Shown here piece after piece: positions 9,492 to 19,876 of a DNA stretch of 64,000 nucleotides (position 1 is the stretch's first letter; every line of letters starts with the position of its first letter). The notes beneath the pieces were generated by a model. The model searched no databases, was not told where the DNA came from, and saw only the letters and a list, made by a program, of their open reading frames with translations. Origin of the DNA: Pseudomonadota bacterium (lineage in GTDB: Bacteria > Pseudomonadota > Gammaproteobacteria > Arenicellales > Poriferihabitantaceae); contig JBCCGE010000002.1 of NCBI GenBank assembly GCA_039029455.1, positions 38,066 through 102,065 of the forward strand, read 5' to 3'. Made by a program: the position numbers and the translations under genes.

Positions 9492-11222
9492 GTGTTCTCG
9501 CTTCACGCTACCGGTGTTGGTGATGGAATTGCAATAGGCAAGGCCCGGCTTATTCGAAGACAAGGCGCTGAAATACCAGAGTATGTAATCGAACCTGGAG
9601 AGACGCTGGATGAAATAGAGAGATTAAGGACAGCATGGATGAAAGCCAAGCTCGGTTTAAAGCGAACGCTTGACGGACTGCCTGAAGATGCACCTGACGA
9701 TATTGGCGCGTTCCTGGGTGTGCAGCTCATGATTCTGGATGATCCGTTACTGATGGAAGAACCGGTGGAGTTGATTCGCTCGCAACGCGTTAACGCGGAG
9801 TCTGCTTTGGCTGCCCACGCCAAGAAGCTGGAGTCGGTGTTCGAACAGGTGGACGACCCTTATCTGTCGGCAAAATCGGCCGATATAAACCAGGTAATTG
9901 AGCGAGTATTGGGCGAACTTACCGATGATCACGGCGATCTTCGCAATCAAGCTCCTGGCAAGTTTGATGGTGAGATCATCGTCGCTCATGACTTGACTCC
10001 ATCGGATGCGGTCGAGCTCAAAAACCACCAGATCGGGGCATTCATCACAAATCTGGGCGGTCCTATTTCTCATACCGCGATTCTGGCCCGGAGTATGGGT
10101 ATTCCAGCCATAGTGGGTCTACATGGAGGTGCGCGTTTCCTGCGGACCGGAGACACTCTGATTATCGATGGCAAAAGAGGTGTGGTGCTAGTCAATCCTG
10201 ACGAGCCCGCATTGGAGGCCTACCGTCGAAGACGAAGAAAAATACTGCGTCGTTCTGAAGCGCTGGAGTTTCTTCGCACCGCGGATTCAATCACGCTGGA
10301 TGGAGAAAAAGTAGAGCTTTTCACAAACATCGAAATTCCAGAAGAGTTGGAGTTGAGCCGCACTAACTACTATGCCGGGGTAGGTCTGTACCGAACCGAG
10401 TTTCTGTTTATGAATCGATCGGACTTCCCTGGAGAAGAAGAGCAGTTTGAAACCTATCGTCAGATTGTGGAAGATGCCGCACTACCGGTAACGATACGCA
10501 CACTCGATCTCGGTGCGGATAAACAGGTCGATGGCGGACGTAAGCACAGTGCGCTGACGACAAATCCCGCGCTGGGTAGACGAGCCATTAGACTTTGTCT
10601 ACACGATCTTTCACTGTTTAAGCCCCAGCTTCGGGCAATATATCGAGCTTCAGCGTACGGCAATGTGCGGATGATGGTGCCAATGTTTTCCAGCATGGAG
10701 GAGCTCAATCAACTGTTCTCCGTACTTGAAAACACCCGCAATGAACTGCAGGAACAGGGCGTCGAGTTCGATGCTGATTTGCCGATTGGCGGTATGATTG
10801 AAGTTCCGGCCGCGGCTGTGAGCGCTGATCTTTTTGCTCAGTATCTGGACTTTCTGTCTATTGGAACAAATGACTTGATCCAGTACACGCTCGCAATTGA
10901 TCGGGTCGATGATGAGGTTAATTATTTGTACGATCCTACTCACCCATCGGTTCTGCGACTTATTAAGATGACAATCGACGCAGGCAAATCCGCGGGGATT
11001 CCTGTATCGATGTGCGGTGAGATGGCGGGCGATCCGGCGTTCACTCGGGTGCTGCTTGGGATAGGTTTACGCCAGTTCAGCATGGATCCGACAACGTTGA
11101 CTCGAATAAAGCAGCAAATCAGATTGACCGATATCGCAAAAGTCAAAGAAAAAGCCGAATCTCTCCTTCATGTATCCGACCCTCAGACTAATCGAAAAAT
11201 TCTCAGTGAGATAAACGCCTGA
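9492..11222 (+). CDS. ptsI: PEP-protein phosphotransferase (enzyme I, no GAF domain)
   Basis: SHTAILARS, GLYRTEFL, RTLDLGADK, SIGTNDL, MCGEMAGD; 576 aa. Confidence 0.93.
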   Translation: MFSLHATGVGDGIAIGKARLIRRQGAEIPEYVIEPGETLDEIERLRTAWMKAKLGLKRTLDGLPEDAPDDIGAFLGVQLMILDDPLLMEEPVELIRSQRVNAESALAAHAKKLESVFEQVDDPYLSAKSADINQVIERVLGELTDDHGDLRNQAPGKFDGEIIVAHDLTPSDAVELKNHQIGAFITNLGGPISHTAILARSMGIPAIVGLHGGARFLRTGDTLIIDGKRGVVLVNPDEPALEAYRRRRRKILRRSEALEFLRTADSITLDGEKVELFTNIEIPEELELSRTNYYAGVGLYRTEFLFMNRSDFPGEEEQFETYRQIVEDAALPVTIRTLDLGADKQVDGGRKHSALTTNPALGRRAIRLCLHDLSLFKPQLRAIYRASAYGNVRMMVPMFSSMEELNQLFSVLENTRNELQEQGVEFDADLPIGGMIEVPAAAVSADLFAQYLDFLSIGTNDLIQYTLAIDRVDDEVNYLYDPTHPSVLRLIKMTIDAGKSAGIPVSMCGEMAGDPAFTRVLLGIGLRQFSMDPTTLTRIKQQIRLTDIAKVKEKAESLLHVSDPQTNRKILSEINA

Positions 11223-11224
11223 CA

Positions 11225-11599
11225 ATGAACAGTAAAGAACACAGTTGGAAAAACACCGGATTTCGGAGACTGTGGTTTGCCCTGCTGTATTCGTGCAAGG
11301 GGCTGTCTGCCGCATGGAAGAATGAGGCTGCTTTTCGTCAGGAACTACTAGCCCTGATCATTGTTGTCCCGATTGGATGGTCTGTTGGTGAAAACGGCGT
11401 TGAAAAAGCTCTTTTGATTGGTGTCGCGATTGTCGTGCCAATTGTGGAGCTGCTCAATTCAGCAATCGAAGCCGTGGTTGATCGATTTGGGCCGGAACAT
11501 CATGAACTGAGCGGCAGAGCCAAGGATATCGGGTCAGCGGCGGTGCTGGTCTCCATCGGCCTGGCGGTAGTGGTTTGGGTACTGGTACTTTTTGCCTGA
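11225..11599 (+). CDS. dgkA: Diacylglycerol kinase
   Basis: EAAFRQE, ELLNSAIEAVVD, GRAKDIGSAAV. Confidence 0.95.
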   Translation: MNSKEHSWKNTGFRRLWFALLYSCKGLSAAWKNEAAFRQELLALIIVVPIGWSVGENGVEKALLIGVAIVVPIVELLNSAIEAVVDRFGPEHHELSGRAKDIGSAAVLVSIGLAVVVWVLVLFA

Positions 11600-11622
11600 C
11601 TGTCGCAATACGGTTTTTTGTA

Positions 11623-12396
11623 TCAGGTGCGTATCCCGTAGCCTCGATACAGCAGGACCAGATTGATCCGAAACAGCGCGACGGTGAATGCAAGTATGAT
11701 GACATACGACCATCCCAGCTGAATATCCGAAACGCCGAGAAAACCATATCGGAACGCGTTAATCATGTACAGAATGGGATTGAAATGGGATACCAGCTGC
11801 CAGAAATCAGGCAGTAATTTGATCGAGTAAAAAATCCCGCCAAGATAAGTCAGGGGAGTCAGAATAAAAGTCGGAACGATTGCAATGTCGTCGAACTTTC
11901 TGGCAAACATTCCATTTAGAAAACCCGCAAGCGCAAACAAAACCGCGGTCAGAACGATCACAGTCATCATCACGGTCATGTTGTGGATCGTCAACTTGCT
12001 GAAAACCAGTGATACGCCGGTAACGATAAGTCCTACAAGAATGCCCCGGCAAACCCCGCCACTGACATATCCTGCCAAAATTACCCAATTTGGCGTTGGT
12101 GAAACCAGAAGTTCTTCGATGGACTTTTGAAATTTTGCGCTGAAAAACGAAGACGAGGTGTTAGCGTAAGAATTAGTGATAACGGACATCAATATCAGTC
12201 CCGGCACAATGAAATCCATGTACCGGTGTCCCTCCATCTGACCTATTCTCGGTCCGATGAGGTTCCCGAAAATTACAAAATAAAGAGAAGTTGTCACCAC
12301 GGGCGGTATAAGCGTCTGCTGCCAGATTCGCATGAATCGGGTAACTTCTTTGCGCAGGATTGTGTAGTAAGCAACCCACCATACAGAGAACGTCAT
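11623..12396 (-). CDS. ABC-2 transporter permease (YadH-like)
   Basis: RIWQQTLIPP, FIVPGLI, LTPLTYLGGIFYS; probable ATG at 12396. Confidence 0.88.
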   Translation of the reverse strand: MTFSVWWVAYYTILRKEVTRFMRIWQQTLIPPVVTTSLYFVIFGNLIGPRIGQMEGHRYMDFIVPGLILMSVITNSYANTSSSFFSAKFQKSIEELLVSPTPNWVILAGYVSGGVCRGILVGLIVTGVSLVFSKLTIHNMTVMMTVIVLTAVLFALAGFLNGMFARKFDDIAIVPTFILTPLTYLGGIFYSIKLLPDFWQLVSHFNPILYMINAFRYGFLGVSDIQLGWSYVIILAFTVALFRINLVLLYRGYGIRT

Positions 12397-12400
12397 GGTT

Positions 12401-13330
12401 TCACCTGATTTGCTGCTGACGCGAGTTCTCAACCAGCTCCAGGAAAAGTTGCTCCAGGCGATTGGATTTGTTTCTCATACTTTGCACTTCAATATTTGCT
12501 GACTCGAGTGTCTCAAAAAGCTTGCTGATGCCCACAGACTTGTCAATAGTGATCTCGGCTGTCATAGGGTCCAGAAGCAAGAATCCCGGGATTTCTTCCG
12601 GACGTACCTTTAACGGTGCTTTCAGTTCGAGAACATACGTTTCATGGGCGAGCTTTTTGAGCAGGCTTCGCATGCTCGTGTCTTCGATCAAAACACCTTC
12701 GTCGATAATGGCAATATTTCTGCACAGACTTTCCGCTTCTTCCAGATAATGAGTCGTTAATATGATCGTGGTGCCATCGTTGTTAATGTTTTTCAAAAAT
12801 TCCCACATTGACCTGCGAATTTCGATATCTACACCGGCCGTGGGCTCATCAAGAATCAGTAGTTTAGGTCTGTGCACCAGCGCCCGGGCGATCATCAGCC
12901 TTCGTTTCATGCCGCCTGACAGGTCACCCGAAACAACGTCCTTCTTGTCCCAAAGTTTAAGCTGAGTCAGATACTGCTCCGCTCGCTCCATCGCGGTTCT
13001 GCGTGGTATCCCGAAATAGCCGCCCTGATTGACGACAATCTGAAACGGCGTTTCGAATATGCTGAAGTTGATTTCCTGAGGGACAATGCCGAGACTGGAT
13101 TTTGCCTTGGCAAAATTTTCATCAATATTCTGACCGAAGAGTTTTACAGTGCCACCGGATTTGTTCACCAGCGAACTGACAATACCAATGACTGTGGACT
13201 TGCCGGCACCATTTTTTCCGAGTAAGGCAAAAAAGTCTCCCTGCCTGACTGTCAACGATATGCCGTCCAGTGCACGATGTCCTGACGCGTACGTTTTCTG
13301 TAAATTCTGGATTTCCAGGGCAGGTTGCAA
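12401..13330 (-). CDS. ABC transporter ATP-binding protein (YadG-like)
   Basis: GKNGAGKST, LSGGMKRR, DEPTAGVD, NRLEQLF. Confidence 0.9.
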   Translation of the reverse strand: MQPALEIQNLQKTYASGHRALDGISLTVRQGDFFALLGKNGAGKSTVIGIVSSLVNKSGGTVKLFGQNIDENFAKAKSSLGIVPQEINFSIFETPFQIVVNQGGYFGIPRRTAMERAEQYLTQLKLWDKKDVVSGDLSGGMKRRLMIARALVHRPKLLILDEPTAGVDIEIRRSMWEFLKNINNDGTTIILTTHYLEEAESLCRNIAIIDEGVLIEDTSMRSLLKKLAHETYVLELKAPLKVRPEEIPGFLLLDPMTAEITIDKSVGISKLFETLESANIEVQSMRNKSNRLEQLFLELVENSRQQQIR

Positions 13331-13391
13331 TTTTTTTTGTGGGCTTGGTGGTTTGTAGTATCTGGAAGGGAGATCGCAATCCTGAAATTTT

Positions 13392-13820
13392 TCAGTAAAG
13401 ATTTCTTGTCATGGTGATATGTTCTATCCCAGCATCCAAAAAGATTTCACCCTGCGGTACAAAACCTGACTTTTTGTAAAAATTTACAGCTGTCAGCTGG
13501 GAGTCCAGATAAATCGATTTGAGTTTGGAAGTTTTGGCCTGCTCGACGAGAGCGTCAAGAATTTTTCGACCGACACCCTGATTTCGATAATCGGACAGTA
13601 CCGCCATTCGACCAATCTTTCCTGAAGGCAACAGCCGACCTGTGCCTATAAGTGCTCCGCCTGAATCGAATGCCGCGGCGTGCTTGTAGTCAGAATCCAT
13701 ATCATCGACTTCAAGTTCAAGAGGCACGTCTTGCTCTTCAACAAAAACCTTAACACGAAGGCGACTCAGGTCTGCGCCATACGTCTCCCAATTGACAATC
13801 GAGATCGAAATCGACATCAC
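13392..13820 (-). CDS. GNAT N-acetyltransferase (ElaA/YjcF-like)
   Basis: LRVKVFVEEQ, IGRMAV..YRNQGVG, FY.K.GF, DAGIEH. Confidence 0.88.
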   Translation of the reverse strand: MMSISISIVNWETYGADLSRLRVKVFVEEQDVPLELEVDDMDSDYKHAAAFDSGGALIGTGRLLPSGKIGRMAVLSDYRNQGVGRKILDALVEQAKTSKLKSIYLDSQLTAVNFYKKSGFVPQGEIFLDAGIEHITMTRNLY

Positions 13821-13826
13821 ACTATA

Positions 13827-14549
13827 TCAGCGGGTCAGTTCCATCGTCGTGGTTCGGCCTTTGTTTACAACAACAATTCGGTGTGGCATTCGATGCCCCG
13901 TTGTCGCGATCCACATGGTTACCGTGGATTCCGGTCTGTCAACACGGAACCTCTCAATTCTCCATGCTTCAAGAGAACCATTTTTTGTGTCGATGGTATC
14001 GAGCTCGGGCTGTTTGTAGGTGTAACGCCTGGCACGCTTGCTGCTGACTTCCAGAATCGAGGTTTCCCCGATTTGCTGAATATCCGCAAACACAAGCTGA
14101 AGTGGAAACGCAGCCGCATGAGGCGGAAATCTGTCAGCGACCGGAATGCTCTCTCCGGTACCGTATACGAGGTGATGGTCGTCTGTGATGCGATAAGATC
14201 GGCCGCCGCTGCTCTTGCCAATAACACGCTCACTACCACTGATTAACGCCAGCGAATCATTCTGCAGCTCAAAAACGGTCTCGCTGGTGTACCCTTTCAG
14301 AAACAATGACGCCACGGCGCTGAGTTCGCTTACGGTGGTGACAGCGATGCGATCACCTTTCATTTCGACTGACACCTGCAGATGTCCGGCATCTGTTCCG
14401 GCATAGTTTACGGAGTAACGCGCCTCGGGCAGCCACTTTGCATCGGCGTTTGCCAAAACCGGTGTATTTGCAAAACAAAAGCACAAACATGTCATTGCGA
14501 TCAGATCGCAAAGCCGAACCTGGAGTCTGGGTATATGCATAGTGACCAT
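13827..14549 (-). CDS. Exported protein, probably DUF3108 family
   Basis: Signal-like N terminus, beta-rich, position after purN, TMWIA..HRMPHRI resembles DUF3108 C terminus. Confidence 0.55.
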   Translation of the reverse strand: MVTMHIPRLQVRLCDLIAMTCLCFCFANTPVLANADAKWLPEARYSVNYAGTDAGHLQVSVEMKGDRIAVTTVSELSAVASLFLKGYTSETVFELQNDSLALISGSERVIGKSSGGRSYRITDDHHLVYGTGESIPVADRFPPHAAAFPLQLVFADIQQIGETSILEVSSKRARRYTYKQPELDTIDTKNGSLEAWRIERFRVDRPESTVTMWIATTGHRMPHRIVVVNKGRTTTMELTR

Positions 14550-14560
14550 TTTGCGTATCT

Positions 14561-15211
14561 TTATGTGACCGTAACCTGAAAAGGTTTTCCATCAATGAGT
14601 ACCTTTCCTGATTTTAATGAAACCCGGTTTTCGGAGATCAGCTGTATGACTTCAGGTAACATGATGTGTTCCTGCTGAAGCACGCGAGATTGAAGTTCAT
14701 GTGCTGAATCTTCGGCCCTTACGTCGACAGCACGCTGCGCAATGATTGGCCCCGCATCAAGTTCGGCGGTAACAAAATGAACGGTGGCGCCGTGGATTTT
14801 CTCACCCGCGCTGATCGCGCGCTGATGGGTGTCAAGGCCCCGAAACTTTGGCAGCAGGGATGGGTGAATATTGATTATTTTTCCGTCGAAGGCATCGATT
14901 ACCGCTGAGTCCAGGATGCGCATGTACCCGGCCAGTACGACTAAATCCGGTTGAAACTTTGCAATCTCACGAACAAGTTGCGTGTTGAAATCATGCCTGG
15001 ACTCAGATTGTTTTGGCGAGATTACTCTGGTCGGAATATTGCTTTCCACGGCCCGCTGGAGTCCGCCTGCATTTTCCTGATCACTGATAACGCATCGCAG
15101 GGTGGCACTGAGAGAACCCTCTTTTATCCTGTCAATAATCGACTGCAGGTTACTGCCACCGCCAGAAATTAAAACGACGATTGCAAGCGATGATTGAGAG
15201 CATGCGTCCAC
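14561..15211 (-). CDS. purN: Phosphoribosylglycinamide formyltransferase
   Basis: ISGGGSNLQ, LAGYMRIL, INIHPSLLP, HFVTAELDAGP. Confidence 0.96.
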   Translation of the reverse strand: MDACSQSSLAIVVLISGGGSNLQSIIDRIKEGSLSATLRCVISDQENAGGLQRAVESNIPTRVISPKQSESRHDFNTQLVREIAKFQPDLVVLAGYMRILDSAVIDAFDGKIINIHPSLLPKFRGLDTHQRAISAGEKIHGATVHFVTAELDAGPIIAQRAVDVRAEDSAHELQSRVLQQEHIMLPEVIQLISENRVSLKSGKVLIDGKPFQVTVT

Positions 15212-15226
15212 GACTGTTTTGTGATT

Positions 15227-16270
15227 TTAATCGGTGTACCGGACGACCGCCGTTCCTGATCCATGCGTGATCTGGCCAATGACGGTTGCGATCTCACCTG
15301 ACTGATGCAAAATGTCCAGAGCACGTTGTGTTTCAGACTGCGATACGCAGACAATCATGCCAATACCGCAGTTGAACGTTCGCAACATTTCGTGTTGTTC
15401 CACATTGCCGTGATTCTGAATCCAGTCAAAAACCGGTGTTTGCTTCCAGCTACTCAAACTAACTTCGGCATCAACATTTTCGGGCAAAACGCGAGGAAGA
15501 TTTTCCGTGAGTCCTCCACCGGTAACATGACAAATCGTGGAAACTTCACACTGATCGATAAGGTGCAAAATCGACTTGACGTATATCTGTGTCGGGGCCA
15601 GTAACGCTTTGCCGAGCGTGGTGCTCTCAAACTCGTCGTCAAGATCTGCCTTCGAACGCGAAATAATCCGGCGTATCAGAGAATAGCCATTGGAATGAGG
15701 TCCGGATGACGAAATGCCGATGATGGCGTCTCCCGACTTTACGTTGAGAGGGTTGATTAGCCTGGATTTTTCAACAATGCCAACGGCAAAGCCGGCCAGA
15801 TCATAGTCTCCTGCAGTATACATACCGGGCATTTCGGCTGTTTCGCCTCCCGATAACGCACAACCTGCCAGTTCGCAGCCTGTGGCAATTCCGTCGATAA
15901 CTTCCAGAGCATTTTCGACGGAGAGTTTTCCGGTTGCGTAATAGTCGAGAAAAAACAACGGTTCAGCACCTGTAACGACGATATCGTTTACACACATCGC
16001 AACCAGATCAATTCCGATCGTATTGTGGATATTCAGCTCACCCGCAAGCTTGAGCTTTGTTCCGACTCCATCCGTTCCGGAGACAAGTACAGGATTTTTA
16101 TATTTTCCCAGGGGCAGTTCGAACAGTCCGCCAAAACCGCCGATTCCACCCATGACACCGGGTCGAAAAGTTCGCTTAACTATCGGTTTTATGCGGTCGA
16201 CGAGCGCGTTGCCAGCGTCGATGTCGACCCCGCTGTCCCTGTAGGTCAAAGAGTCTTCAGAATTGTCCAT
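15227..16270 (-). CDS. purM: Phosphoribosylaminoimidazole synthetase
   Basis: [33 protein letters not shown]; probable ATG at 16270. Confidence 0.96.
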   Translation of the reverse strand: MDNSEDSLTYRDSGVDIDAGNALVDRIKPIVKRTFRPGVMGGIGGFGGLFELPLGKYKNPVLVSGTDGVGTKLKLAGELNIHNTIGIDLVAMCVNDIVVTGAEPLFFLDYYATGKLSVENALEVIDGIATGCELAGCALSGGETAEMPGMYTAGDYDLAGFAVGIVEKSRLINPLNVKSGDAIIGISSSGPHSNGYSLIRRIISRSKADLDDEFESTTLGKALLAPTQIYVKSILHLIDQCEVSTICHVTGGGLTENLPRVLPENVDAEVSLSSWKQTPVFDWIQNHGNVEQHEMLRTFNCGIGMIVCVSQSETQRALDILHQSGEIATVIGQITHGSGTAVVRYTD

Positions 16271-16421
16271 AGCGGAGGGATTGGTCGGTAAAGTCTGGTG
16301 AAAACTTGATTTAGGGGTGGATTCTAAACGTTTTGCAGACAGATATCCCTGCAACAGTAGATGACGCTACCGGTGGTTCGGACGTAAAATCAGCCGGTGC
16401 CAAATTAAGGCTTTCGCTTGC

Positions 16422-16973
16422 ATGCTCGCCCAGGTTCCAAATATTCTGACTCTACTGCGAATCGCCGCCTGCCCTGTGCTGGTGATACTGCTCAATGGTC
16501 AAAACTATGGCGCGGCATTGCTGCTGTTTTTGGTGGCGGGAATAACGGACGGGCTGGATGGATATATTGCCAAGCGTTACAACTTTGTGTCAAAGCTGGG
16601 CGCCATACTTGATCCGATTGCGGATAAGTTGCTGATCGCAAGCACCTACATCATGCTCGCGATTCTGCAGGACATCCCGTTTTATCTGTTGATTGTTGTC
16701 ATGTTCCGGGATCTCGTCATCGTCGCCGGATATTTGATACTTGTGATGATGGGCGAAAATGTTCCAATGCGTCCACTGTACACAAGCAAAATCAATACTT
16801 TTCTGCAAATTACACTCATGATTGCCGTTTTGATGGCAAAGGCTCATTTGCTGGCATTTCCGATGCTTGTGGAGATTCTGATCGTTGGGGTGGTCATTAC
16901 CACTGTTGTCAGCGGAGTTCAGTACGTATGGTCATGGGGGATTCGTCGAGAATACGGCGAAGAAAGTGGATAG
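16422..16973 (+). CDS. CDP-alcohol phosphatidyltransferase
   Basis: PNILTLLRI, TDGLDGYIAK..LGAILDPIADK signature. Confidence 0.9.
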   Translation: MLAQVPNILTLLRIAACPVLVILLNGQNYGAALLLFLVAGITDGLDGYIAKRYNFVSKLGAILDPIADKLLIASTYIMLAILQDIPFYLLIVVMFRDLVIVAGYLILVMMGENVPMRPLYTSKINTFLQITLMIAVLMAKAHLLAFPMLVEILIVGVVITTVVSGVQYVWSWGIRREYGEESG

Positions 16974-16996
16974 CGAGTAAACCGGCAGTTGGCGCC

Positions 16997-17701
16997 ATGA
17001 CCCCATCTCGACAAACGATCATTCCAATGGTTGTAGCGGAAAGCAACGGATTCGACAGCTTTTTTAGTGAAGATAATGCCCAGCTTATTGATCAACTCAA
17101 AATACTTGCTTCAGGACAGCGATCTCGTCGTGTTCTTTACCTTTATGGCGCCAGTGGGAGTGGAAAGTCCCATCTTCTGCACACGTTTGGAGAAGTTGTA
17201 AAAGGTTGTGGAAAAAAGCATCTGCATTTGACCGTTAATCCGTTGGATAATCCATTTGACTCGCTCGCGGTTTCAGAGCGGGATGCCTACATCACGGTCG
17301 ACGGATTCGAGAGGATAGAAAGCCTGCCGGATTGTCAGCGATCGCTGTTGACACTGTTCGAACAGCTTACCAATCACTCGGGCGTGCTGCTGGTTGCTTC
17401 TGCGATCCCCTTGACTCAGTTCACATCACTGCTTCCGGATTTGTCGTCAAGACTCAGTCTGGGCGGAGTGTATTGTCTGCGACCGCTGGGTGAAAACGCC
17501 AAGCGCGAGGCATTGCAGGCAGCCGCTGAAAGACGTGGTTTCGAGCTGCCCGATTCTGTGGTGAATTTTATTTTGACACATTATGAGCGAGACTCGACCG
17601 CACTTTTTTCATTGCTGGACCGAATCGACAATTCGGCACTTGCCGAGCAGAGGTCCAGGATCACCATACCGTTTGTCAGAAAGCTGATCGGTTCTGACTG
17701 A
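16997..17701 (+). CDS. hda: DnaA regulatory inactivator Hda
   Basis: GASGSGKSHLL, LPDLSSRL, ITIPFVR; purM-divergent context; start uncertain. Confidence 0.82.
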   Translation: MTPSRQTIIPMVVAESNGFDSFFSEDNAQLIDQLKILASGQRSRRVLYLYGASGSGKSHLLHTFGEVVKGCGKKHLHLTVNPLDNPFDSLAVSERDAYITVDGFERIESLPDCQRSLLTLFEQLTNHSGVLLVASAIPLTQFTSLLPDLSSRLSLGGVYCLRPLGENAKREALQAAAERRGFELPDSVVNFILTHYERDSTALFSLLDRIDNSALAEQRSRITIPFVRKLIGSD

Positions 17702-17710
17702 GTAACCGCC

Positions 17711-18307
17711 CTAAAGGGAGCTGCCGCCAATTTGTATGGCGCAGTTGGCTACGCGACGTCCGAGCACGTGTGCAAATGCTTTTTCGCTTTCCGTCAGAGG
17801 TGACCCCTGTCCATCAATGTGACCGGCGCCATATGGGCTGCCGCCACCATCAGTTTGACCAAGCGTTGTTCCTGCAAATGGAATTCCGATCAAAACCATG
17901 CCGTGATGAATCAACGGCAGCATCATGCCGAGCAATGTGCTTTCCTGACCACCGTTGTGAGACGACGAAGATGTAAAGACAGCTGCCGCTTTGTCTTTGA
18001 GTGTTCCGTTTAGCCAGTCCGAAGTGTGTTGGTCAAAAAAGTACTTAAGGGGCGCAGCCATCGTTCCAAAACGGCAGGGGCTGCCGAGAATGAGACCACT
18101 GCAGGTTTGTAAATCCTCTGCAGACACATAAATGTCGCCGTGTTCTGGTATGCTGGGCTCGGTCGATTCGGCAACAGTGGAAACAGGGGGAACAGTTCTC
18201 AGAGTCGCCTCTGCACCTGCAACGCTCTCGACACCGACGGCGACTTCATGTGCCAAAGCGGACACACTGCCGTGTCGACTGTAGTAAAGAACAAGAATTT
18301 TTGACAT
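17711..18307 (-). CDS. wrbA: NAD(P)H:quinone oxidoreductase WrbA
   Basis: LYYSRHGS, GSPCRFG, GGQEST, HHGM, GSPYGA. Confidence 0.9.
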   Translation of the reverse strand: MSKILVLYYSRHGSVSALAHEVAVGVESVAGAEATLRTVPPVSTVAESTEPSIPEHGDIYVSAEDLQTCSGLILGSPCRFGTMAAPLKYFFDQHTSDWLNGTLKDKAAAVFTSSSSHNGGQESTLLGMMLPLIHHGMVLIGIPFAGTTLGQTDGGGSPYGAGHIDGQGSPLTESEKAFAHVLGRRVANCAIQIGGSSL

Positions 18308-18376
18308 CGTGAAGAAGTCCCAGTCCGAGGGTGATCGCAGTGTACCAAATCTCCCGGGACATACCGACGACCGGGT

Positions 18377-19255
18377 ATGAAGCAGGCTATCTACACTGAA
18401 ATTCGAAACAGTTACGGCGAGGGTTGTTTTCTCACCGCGTATTTTTCCGAGCGGACTCTTGAGTTTTTAAGAAACCCGGAGGTCTGGTTTGTTGAGAAGT
18501 ATGTTGTTGTCTGGTACAAAAACCACCGCAACAAGCTGGCTGAAGTACGGGTGCCTGATGATACCGACCGCACGGTGGTTTTGAAGAGCTACGGAGCCAG
18601 GTACTGGAGCGACAGGCTTAGGATTCGCGGGCGAACGTCGAAAGCAAAAAAACACTGGGAGAACGCCAAAATGCTGAGGGCGGCGGACATCAGTACACCA
18701 CGACCTTTGCTCATGCTTTTGGCTCACGATCCGCACAATCCAGACCTGCTCGCTGTCGAGCCGGCAGCGGCTCACAGACCGCTTCGTGAATTTATTGCGC
18801 CGTTGTTTCAGAGTGATGAATCCGTTGAACTGACGAGCGGTGATATTTCACCGGTCGATCTGGTACAGGCCTGTGGTCAGTACATCCGCAGTTTTCACGA
18901 TTCCGGTTTTGTTCACCGGGATATGTCCGGTGGCAATATTCTTGTGCTCGACACGTGGGATGGAACTGCCGCATCGAGCAAAAAAAACTTTGTGATTGTG
19001 GATATCAATCGTGTAAGGAAAATTGAGGGAGACATCGGGATCAATCTTCGTATTCAGGATCTCGAACGTCTTAACCTGCCTGAGCGCTACCTGCAGGAGT
19101 TTTATCGCGCCTATGCGGGTGAACGAATGGAACTGCAAAATGCGTGGCCAACATTTTTGAAGTATCGGACGGCCTATCGTAGAATCCGCAGCACTCGCAA
19201 CCCGGTATGGCGTCTGTTGTTAAAACTGACGACGTATTGGGTCAGAACCGGTTAG
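18377..19255 (+). CDS. LPS kinase (Kdo/WaaP/InaA family)
   Basis: VVLKSY, HRDMSGGNIL catalytic loop, IVDINR. Confidence 0.75.
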   Translation: MKQAIYTEIRNSYGEGCFLTAYFSERTLEFLRNPEVWFVEKYVVVWYKNHRNKLAEVRVPDDTDRTVVLKSYGARYWSDRLRIRGRTSKAKKHWENAKMLRAADISTPRPLLMLLAHDPHNPDLLAVEPAAAHRPLREFIAPLFQSDESVELTSGDISPVDLVQACGQYIRSFHDSGFVHRDMSGGNILVLDTWDGTAASSKKNFVIVDINRVRKIEGDIGINLRIQDLERLNLPERYLQEFYRAYAGERMELQNAWPTFLKYRTAYRRIRSTRNPVWRLLLKLTTYWVRTG

Positions 19256-19290
19256 CAGTTCTGCCTCGACTCATATTAATCATTCCGCCA

Positions 19291-19863
19291 TTGTTCGAAT
19301 ACGTCCACAAACTGTTCAATCACACGGGTATCCGCCGCACGCTGCTAAAGGTTCGGATTCCCGTTTTTATCGTGCTGGTTTTGATCTGGCCCTGGATCGT
19401 GGACCGAGAGATGCTTCTACCCGGGCTTACCGTCTCTCTGCTGGGTGTAGCGATTCAATGGTGGTGTTTTGCCTGTTTGGAGAAGGAAAAAGTACTGACA
19501 ATCCGAGGCCCGTACCAACTGTGTCGCAATCCGATGTACCTCGGACGATACCTGTTAATACTGGGTTTTATCATTGCTATTAATAATATCCCTGTGATTC
19601 TGGTGTTCACCGTAATCTACTGGTTCTACATGGTGAATAGAGTAAAACGAGAGGAGCCTGTGCTCGAGAACATTTTCGGGCAGCCGTATCGCGATTACTG
19701 CAGGGATGTGAACCGATTTCTTCCGGGATTTAGACGTGTGGATGGTAATTTCTTTTTTTTCGACTGGGAGATCATGCTCAGCAATAACGGTCACTGGAAC
19801 CTGTTGTCCGTAGTCGTTGGCTACGCCTATATCTATGCAATGATTGGGTTCGTCGTACAGTAG
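19291..19863 (+). CDS. Isoprenylcysteine carboxylmethyltransferase-family membrane methyltransferase
   Basis: LTIRGPY..RNPMYLG, REE..L...FG..Y..Y...V.RFLP; start uncertain (ORF opens at 19207, TTG 19291 likely). Confidence 0.8.
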   Translation: MFEYVHKLFNHTGIRRTLLKVRIPVFIVLVLIWPWIVDREMLLPGLTVSLLGVAIQWWCFACLEKEKVLTIRGPYQLCRNPMYLGRYLLILGFIIAINNIPVILVFTVIYWFYMVNRVKREEPVLENIFGQPYRDYCRDVNRFLPGFRRVDGNFFFFDWEIMLSNNGHWNLLSVVVGYAYIYAMIGFVVQ

Positions 19864-19876
19864 TCTTATTAGATCG

